Source: Acidobacteriota bacterium | GTDB lineage: Bacteria > Acidobacteriota > UBA6911 > RPQK01 > JAJDTT01 | Reading direction: 5' to 3' | Assembly (NCBI GenBank): GCA_965263035.1 | Contig: OZ253580.1 | Coordinates: forward strand, 2,304,001 to 2,368,000 | Length of the DNA: 64,000 bases | Shown here: one piece after another, positions 57,645 through 64,000 of the stretch | Numbering within the stretch: position 1 is the stretch's first letter | Layout: every line of letters begins with the position of its first letter | Position numbers and translations under genes: made by a program | Notes under the pieces: model-generated | Seen by the model: only the letters and a program-made list of their open reading frames with translations | Database searches by the model: none | What the model was told of the DNA's origin: nothing

Positions 57645-59318
57645 TCATTCTGACTGAAACTGGAAGGAATAGAACTTGCCGTTGCGCAGGTGGAAACGGA
57701 GTTGCACCGGCTGGCCGGCCAGATTCGACAGGTCGGCCGATCCACCCCAGGAAATCGGCTGGCCGGCCACGGTGCGGGTGACCGGTTCCATATCCTCCAG
57801 ACCGTAGCCCTCCAGTGGTTCACCGTCGGAGTCCAGCACCTCCACCCGCAGGGACGAATGGTGGTCCACACCGGCCGAGCCCTTCTGTGAGTCCTCGAAG
57901 CTCACCAGCAGTCGGTTTCCCTCGAAGATCAGGGGACGGGTGATCATCGTCCCCGGATTGGGACCGGCGTCCAGCGAGACGAAGCCGTCCAGGGGTAGGG
58001 TGGCCAGACCCACCGCCGCCTCGGCGTTCTCCCCTTCCGCAAGGAGGTCCTCCACGCCGTGGCGCCAGTTGACACCCAGGTAGTAGAACCAGATCTTGCC
58101 GTCGTGCACAAGCGGCTGCCGGACGTAGACGCACCCGTCGTCCCAGGTGCCGTTGGCCCCCAAGGGAATGTAGGGACCACGGTCCGGGAGGCGCTGGAAC
58201 TCACGGCCGTCGCGGCTGTAGGCGAAATGGCTCTCCATGGTCAGACTATTGGTCCGGAACGCCCAGGGAAAGCCGAGGTAGATTCCTTCGTAGAGCAGTG
58301 CCGGCATGCCGTAGAACTGAAGGTCCACCGGATCCACCGAATCGGGAATCAGGGCCGGCTCGATGGGAGACCAGTGGATGAAATCTTCGCTCGCCGAGAA
58401 CCCGATGGTCCGCTTCCGGATTCGGCCCGCGCGGGGCGCCAGTTGATCCGGCGTATGGGAGGGCAGGCTGGCGGCTCTCACTTCGGGTGGAATGCCGTCG
58501 TAGGCGGCGACGGCCTCCCCGTAGTCCTTCCATCCCGGCCGCAGATAGGCCACGTACTTCTTCCGGGAAGGGTCCCAGCCCAAGACGGTGTGGGTGTCGC
58601 TCGTCCCCACCATGACCGGGTTGCCCGGGTACTCTTTCCAATCCAGCCCGTCTGCAGAAAAGTAGAGGCAGATGCCCGTCTGTCCGTTCGCCGCCCGGGC
58701 GTACCCCAGGGCCTTGTAGCGGCGGGCCGGATCCTGCTCACGATGGTCCCGGAACGCGTTGGGCGCACGGCCCGAGTTGTAGAGTCCGCCTTCGGAGCGG
58801 ACCGACATGTCTGAAATGATGTTGTTGCGGTTCGAGCCCTCGAACTCCGCCAGGCCCAGTTCGGGTCTTTCCCAGTGAACCCCGTCGCGGGAGACGGCAT
58901 AGCAGGTAAGATCCAGTTCCTCCCGATAATTGCTGGCCCGAAGCAGACTCTCATACTCCTCCAGCGGTCCGGAAGGCCGCTGGGCCGTGATCAGGCTGGG
59001 GACGTACCACATCTTGAAGAGGACGTCCTCGGGATCGTAGATGACGGAACTCACGGAGGCGAAGTTCCCTTCCCACTTGCGCTCCGGCCTCAACACCGGT
59101 CCTCCCGGATGCTTGACCGGCCGGTTCAGGACTCGGGAGATGGACGCCGTGGACTCCACGACGTGGTCGTCGATGAAAAGCTGCTTGCCGGCACCGATGC
59201 GGATCGGCTCCCGTTCGGGAGACGGGTGCGACGAACATCCGGCCAGTCCAGCCACGATGAGCCCGAGGGCAGCCGCCAGAAAAGGGTTCCCCAAATTGCT
59301 TCTCCCGTTACAGGTCAT
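57645..59318 (-). CDS. Lipoprotein, five-bladed beta-propeller glycoside hydrolase-like (GH32/43/130-type fold)
   Basis: LAGC lipobox; KQLFIDD, SRDGVHW, SADGLDW, DGFVSL; start inferred. Confidence 0.7.
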   Translation of the reverse strand: MTCNGRSNLGNPFLAAALGLIVAGLAGCSSHPSPEREPIRIGAGKQLFIDDHVVESTASISRVLNRPVKHPGGPVLRPERKWEGNFASVSSVIYDPEDVLFKMWYVPSLITAQRPSGPLEEYESLLRASNYREELDLTCYAVSRDGVHWERPELGLAEFEGSNRNNIISDMSVRSEGGLYNSGRAPNAFRDHREQDPARRYKALGYARAANGQTGICLYFSADGLDWKEYPGNPVMVGTSDTHTVLGWDPSRKKYVAYLRPGWKDYGEAVAAYDGIPPEVRAASLPSHTPDQLAPRAGRIRKRTIGFSASEDFIHWSPIEPALIPDSVDPVDLQFYGMPALLYEGIYLGFPWAFRTNSLTMESHFAYSRDGREFQRLPDRGPYIPLGANGTWDDGCVYVRQPLVHDGKIWFYYLGVNWRHGVEDLLAEGENAEAAVGLATLPLDGFVSLDAGPNPGTMITRPLIFEGNRLLVSFEDSQKGSAGVDHHSSLRVEVLDSDGEPLEGYGLEDMEPVTRTVAGQPISWGGSADLSNLAGQPVQLRFHLRNGKFYSFQFQSE

Positions 59319-59457
59319 GCGGCCCAGTCTATCGCGCCAACGTGTCCGGAGGTGGAAGCCGGGATGGGAACAGAGGGCATCGTTCCGATCGCTGGGAAAA
59401 GCGTGACGCCCTTGCCACGGGCCGGCGAGCATGTTGGCATTGAACCGAGGTGATTCC

Positions 59458-61479
59458 ATGAACATCATGAACGCTTTTCGCCTGTCCCCTCCTCGGGTTT
59501 CCCCGGCGACCGCCGTCAGAGGCGAGCCGCGGATTGGATTCCTCCGGCTCCCGGTTCTCCTCCTCTTCCTGCTCGCCTCCTGCGGTGGGAATTCGGTCCG
59601 GGAGTCGCGGCACTGGCTCGAGTTGGAAAGCGACGGACTGACACTCGGCATCGGCCGGGACCTGTCCCTCTCGGTCTACTACGATTCGGAGGCCTTACCC
59701 ACCTGGCGATCGATGGCACCCAGCGTCGAGATCCGCACCTCGACTCCCCAGGGCGACGGCGATCCAGCGATACTGAGTTGCACGGAAGCGGCCCAACAAC
59801 ATGCCGAACCCTACCGGGAGGGCGAACTGGAAGGCTATCGGGTCCGTCTGAGCGGCTGGAAGGAGACGGACGCCGTCCTGGGGTGCGACCTGGCGCTGGA
59901 CCGGGAGGGGCGCCTCCACGTCCAGATATCGCAGGCGGGGGGCGAAGACACCATTCGCGAAGTGCTGGACCTGTACACGTTGGCCCTGGAGCCGGACCCA
60001 TCGTCCTACCTGGTGGTCCCCTGGGGCTCCGGATACATGATCCGGTCCGACTCCCCCGGTCCGGTGACGCTCACCGGCCTTCTGGGCGCCGAGTACAGCA
60101 TGCCCCTGTTCGGACTGGTGGCGGGCGACCGTTCGGCCTACCCGATCGTCGACACCTGGTGGAACGCGGCCGTCCGCGTGGATCACGATCCGGGCCGGCA
60201 CTCCCGGATCGCCCTGGACTGGAAGGCCTCGCTGGACCGTCTGAGCTATCCTCGGCGGGCCGTCTGGAGCTTCGAGCGGGGAAAAGACCACGTGGACCTG
60301 GCCAAGGCCTACCGCAGGCACGTGGAGGCCACCCGTCCCCTGCCCTCCCTGAGCACTCGAATGGCCTCCGATCCCGGCTTGAAACGATTCCTCTCGGGGA
60401 TCGAATACCGGCTCATAGAGTGGAACCCGGAGCACCACCCGCAGGTGCTGGACAACATCCGCCGCTTCCAAGCCGCCGGCCTCGCGGTCACCTTCTTCCA
60501 TCCCAAGTGGCCGGCCGGAGAGAGGACGCCGGCCGGCTGGCAGGAGTACCTGAGAGCAGAGCCGATGGTGGCCGGGGGCTGGCCCGCGGCCCGCCGGCTG
60601 GAAGAACAGGTCCACTCCCTGGGGTGCTCCGTCAAGTTCTTCGTCATGCCCCACGTGTTCCATGAGGACGCACCCTGCTACGACCCTTCCAAGCTCAGCG
60701 GCGTCCAGTTCCCCCGGTTCAGCGACGGTTACGCGTTGGAAGCCCTAAAGGCCCTGCTGGATCACGTCCAAGCCAAGGGATTGAGAATGGACGCCCTCTA
60801 CTTTGACGGCCACGCCGCCCACCGCGGGCACTCGGAACACCGATCCGCGGAAGGCCCCATCAGCCGCCGCAAGACCTACGAGACCCAGGTCGAGACGTTC
60901 CGCGAAGCCCGGCGGAGAGGAATCGTCCCCGGCGCCGAGTTGGCCCGTTTCTGGTGCATGGGCGAGAGCGACTACTTCTTCTTCACCGACTGGTCCCGGG
61001 ACCGGCTCCGGGAGGGCGAACCGATCCCTCTGTTCCAGCTGGCTTTCAACGACTGCTACGTGGCCCACTTCTCGGGCGGAGGCTACTATTTCGCCCCCAA
61101 ATACGACTGGTATGCCGACCGCCACCCCCGGCTCTACGAGCTCATGTACGGGGCCATGCCCTCGCACAACTGGCTTCCCGGGGGAGAAGGCCTGATCGAA
61201 AAGCACCATTGGGAGACCGACGCCATGAAACGGCGGCTGGAGTGGCTCCGTCTCTGGCACACCTATTTTCAGGCAGTGGGTTACGCCGAAATGACCAGCC
61301 ACCAGTTTCTGAGCGACGACCGGACCCTGCAACGCGTCGAGTACGCCAACGGCGTCACGGCCGAATTCGATCTGGCCCAGGGCCGGTTTCGAGTCGAAGG
61401 AATCGAGGGGATCAATGAGGGCTGGCAGGAGCCCCCGGTTATCGTTCCGATAGCTGGAGAAGGAAAGAGAAAAGAGTAA
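59458..61479 (+). CDS. Lipoprotein, putative glycoside hydrolase (GH101/GH129/DUF5696-like)
   Basis: LASC lipobox; YSMPLFG, H.DLAKAYR, LYFDG, EMTSHQFL...LQRVEYANG. Confidence 0.6.
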   Translation: MNIMNAFRLSPPRVSPATAVRGEPRIGFLRLPVLLLFLLASCGGNSVRESRHWLELESDGLTLGIGRDLSLSVYYDSEALPTWRSMAPSVEIRTSTPQGDGDPAILSCTEAAQQHAEPYREGELEGYRVRLSGWKETDAVLGCDLALDREGRLHVQISQAGGEDTIREVLDLYTLALEPDPSSYLVVPWGSGYMIRSDSPGPVTLTGLLGAEYSMPLFGLVAGDRSAYPIVDTWWNAAVRVDHDPGRHSRIALDWKASLDRLSYPRRAVWSFERGKDHVDLAKAYRRHVEATRPLPSLSTRMASDPGLKRFLSGIEYRLIEWNPEHHPQVLDNIRRFQAAGLAVTFFHPKWPAGERTPAGWQEYLRAEPMVAGGWPAARRLEEQVHSLGCSVKFFVMPHVFHEDAPCYDPSKLSGVQFPRFSDGYALEALKALLDHVQAKGLRMDALYFDGHAAHRGHSEHRSAEGPISRRKTYETQVETFREARRRGIVPGAELARFWCMGESDYFFFTDWSRDRLREGEPIPLFQLAFNDCYVAHFSGGGYYFAPKYDWYADRHPRLYELMYGAMPSHNWLPGGEGLIEKHHWETDAMKRRLEWLRLWHTYFQAVGYAEMTSHQFLSDDRTLQRVEYANGVTAEFDLAQGRFRVEGIEGINEGWQEPPVIVPIAGEGKRKE

Positions 61480-61626
61480 AGAGTGAGGAGGAGTGCTCGC
61501 TTAGCAAGGAAAAGAGCGGAAAAACGATAATGTCGAGGGGACTGGAGCCAGTCTCACCCGATGCCCTGTCTTTTCGATGACATTGCGGGCCCGTGGCAAG
61601 CCGCGTAGTTCCTTACGCCCCGCTTC

Positions 61627-64000
61627 TCACTGTCCTTCTTCCCTTTCCTTGCTATTTTCTCTTTCCTCTTTCCTCAGTGCTTGTAGTTCCTCCCCCGGCG
61701 ATCTCCAACGCCGGGTCGTCAACGGTTCATAGATTTCATAACCCGGGCCATAGCCGGCACTCTCCGTGCCGATCACGTACTGGTAATCCAGTATGAACCG
61801 CATGAGGTCGGCCATCTCCCGGGGGGTGACGTTCTCTTCCAGACCTTCGGGCATGAGCGACTTTCCGGTGGCCCGCATCTCCAGGATGTCCTTGCGCAAC
61901 ACCGTGTTCTGAACGTCTTCGCCCTCCACCAGCGTGATGCTCTCCGAATTCTGGTCGCTGATGATTCCGGTGAAGAGCCGCCGTTGCCGGTCGGTCACCA
62001 CGTACTGGAGATATTGGGGCTCCACCAACCGGTTCGGGTCCAGGATATTGGTGAGAAGCGGATCCGTGTCCTTGTAGGAGCCCGTGATCAGGTTGGGCCC
62101 TACCAGGTGCTCCGTGGTGGAGAGGCGGTGGCACTTGATGCACTCGCGGCGGTAGACCGCCTCGCCGTGAACCGGGTCCCCCTCGAGGGTCAAAGCAACT
62201 TGGTAGTCGGCCAAGGCCTGCTGCCGAGTGCCGGCCGTCCGAGAGGCGAAGATGCTCTTGGCCTGATCCCGGATCGCCTCGTCGTCATGGTTCATGAGGA
62301 GTTCGCGGCGGCTGGAGTTGAGCTGGCTGGAGGCGACTCGCTCTTCCCGAATCGCCTGGAGCAGGGCACGGGTCCAGTGCCTCCGGGAAAAGAGGCTGGT
62401 CAGGACCCGGCTCCGAACGTCGGGCGTCTGAGCCATCCAATCCTGCAGCAGGATGTCGGCGATTTCGGGATCATCGTGACGCTCCAGGGCTTCGATCCCG
62501 GCGAAATGCACGGCCTGGGTCTGGCTGGAGTCGACAAGTTTGGCGAGAGAGTCCCGAACTTGGGAGAAGCCGCCGTGAGCCAGAAGTCGGATCGCCTCCA
62601 GACGCTCCTCCTCGGGGACCGACTCGTCTCCGGCGGCCTCCGCGACTCGTTTCATTAGATCCCGGATCATTCGGGTTGCGGGCCCCGGAAGACCTCGGAG
62701 TTGGGAAAGGGACCGATTGGAGATGGCCAGACCCTCTGCCAAGCCGGTGACCACAATCTGCTGCATCCGCATGCGATCGGCCAGGGAGGTGTGGGTGGCC
62801 GCCGTCCCGGCGAGCCGCCGGATCTCCGACGCATGGTTGCGGGCACCCACGGTGCGGGCCAGAGGCTCCAGCCAGTCCCCGGCCTCCGCCTTGGCGACGA
62901 AGCCGTCCGACTCCAACAGCCGGACGAACAGGCGATCGGCGATTTCGCTACTGGAACTCAAGACGGCGTTCCGAGTCCAGCGGTCGCCCGAGTCCCGCTC
63001 GGCGATCCGGACCAGTCCGGAAATGGGCCGGCGGTCCCGAACCTGGCCCAGTGCCAACGCGACCCGCAGCCGCACTTTGGGGTTGTCGTCTTCGGCCAGC
63101 GCCAGCACCCTCCGGAACAGCGACCGGGAGCGGCCGAATCGGCGCTCGGCCAGCTGCACGGCGTGAACCCGGACTCCCGGTGACGGGTCCGATAGAGCCT
63201 GGACCAGATGGGCTTCCTTCAGGGCACCGAGTCCGTTCAGGGACCAGAGGGCGTGCATCCGGGCCAGCGGATTCTCGCTCTCGTTCACGAGCCGGACCAG
63301 ATCGGGCACCGCGGACTGGTCCTGGCGTTCGAAGATGAGCCGGTGGGCCGTTTCCCGCCACCAGCCTCCCGGGTGCTCCAGGTGACTTACCAGTTCCCGG
63401 GTCGAAGCCTCGCCCAGACGCGGCCGCGGCGGGACCTGGAAGCCGGCCGGCTCCAACCGGTAGACCCGGCCATGGTCCTGCCCCCGGGTGAAGTCCAGAT
63501 GTTTGACCACACGGGCAGGGACGTGGGCCGCCTCGATCAACTCGCGGTACATGTCCAGTATGTAGAGCGTTCCGTCGGGCGCATTGACCGAGTTCACCGG
63601 CCGAAACCAGTTGTCGGTGGACCGGACCATCTCGACGTTCTCCGGCTCCCCACGCACCGACCTGAAGCTCACTCCGTCCTCCTCCAGGACCCGCCGGTGC
63701 AGCAGGTTGGCGGTGTTGGCGCCGATGAAGAGGCTTCCCCGGTACTGCTCGGGATAGGCGTGCCCCCGGTAGATCTGCACTCCGGCGCCGGCGGTCTGGT
63801 AGTCGTGCCCCACTCCGGCGCTTCGATTGCTCCGCCCGGCGAAGACGCGGCGGGCTTCCCGGATGGTCCGCCACAGCTCGACGGGACTGATCTTGTAGAC
63901 TCGAGTCTGCCCCTGCACCAGGGGATTCACCTCCAGGGAGCCGTGTCCCTCCCAATGGAAGCCGTGCAGATCGAAGAACAGATAGGGGTTGCGCTGCAGG
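61627..64000 (-). CDS. PVC-type heme-binding membrane-associated dehydrogenase-like protein; 5' end outside the window
   Basis: WFRPVN...PDG.LYILDMYR, HEAT repeats, CIKCH, GPNL, SLMPEGLE; the frame stays open to the window edge. Confidence 0.88.
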   Translation of the reverse strand, partial: LQRNPYLFFDLHGFHWEGHGSLEVNPLVQGQTRVYKISPVELWRTIREARRVFAGRSNRSAGVGHDYQTAGAGVQIYRGHAYPEQYRGSLFIGANTANLLHRRVLEEDGVSFRSVRGEPENVEMVRSTDNWFRPVNSVNAPDGTLYILDMYRELIEAAHVPARVVKHLDFTRGQDHGRVYRLEPAGFQVPPRPRLGEASTRELVSHLEHPGGWWRETAHRLIFERQDQSAVPDLVRLVNESENPLARMHALWSLNGLGALKEAHLVQALSDPSPGVRVHAVQLAERRFGRSRSLFRRVLALAEDDNPKVRLRVALALGQVRDRRPISGLVRIAERDSGDRWTRNAVLSSSSEIADRLFVRLLESDGFVAKAEAGDWLEPLARTVGARNHASEIRRLAGTAATHTSLADRMRMQQIVVTGLAEGLAISNRSLSQLRGLPGPATRMIRDLMKRVAEAAGDESVPEEERLEAIRLLAHGGFSQVRDSLAKLVDSSQTQAVHFAGIEALERHDDPEIADILLQDWMAQTPDVRSRVLTSLFSRRHWTRALLQAIREERVASSQLNSSRRELLMNHDDEAIRDQAKSIFASRTAGTRQQALADYQVALTLEGDPVHGEAVYRRECIKCHRLSTTEHLVGPNLITGSYKDTDPLLTNILDPNRLVEPQYLQYVVTDRQRRLFTGIISDQNSESITLVEGEDVQNTVLRKDILEMRATGKSLMPEGLEENVTPREMADLMRFILDYQYVIGTESAGYGPGYEIYEPLTTRRWRSPGEELQALRKEERENSKEREEGQ

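Overview
High-GC bacterial chromosomal window. The gene content (PSD1/planctomycete cytochrome c and PVC-type heme proteins, Tat-exported Gfo/Idh/MocA oxidoreductases, beta-propeller hydrolases) suggests Acidobacteriota or a PVC-like lineage; this is inference only. Core genes include ssrA (tmRNA, tag ANDEFALAA), coaE, uvrA, an ECF sigma/anti-sigma/PDZ operon, polA, plsC, rlmD, thiO, tag, uxuA and modABC, plus many transporters and carbohydrate-active proteins. The most striking unexplained structure lies just 3' of ssrA (about 1.7-6.8 kb). Five co-oriented copies of a 23-bp imperfect palindrome (GAGAWGGTGAC-T-GTCCCCTTCTC-like) divide this region into four 1.0-1.6 kb gene modules. One copy coincides with the truncation point of an mrr gene, suggesting a cassette array with non-attC boundaries. 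No recombinase is present in the window. Other observations: a near-identical ECF-type promoter (TTGSAAC-N17-CGTCTT) upstream of both the ECF sigma gene and ssrA; an HtrA-like protein lacking its catalytic residues; two MITE families (one a deletion series, two copies abutting); two REP/REPIN families; and four intact or decayed toxin-antitoxin loci. All calls were made by eye from motifs, with no database searches.
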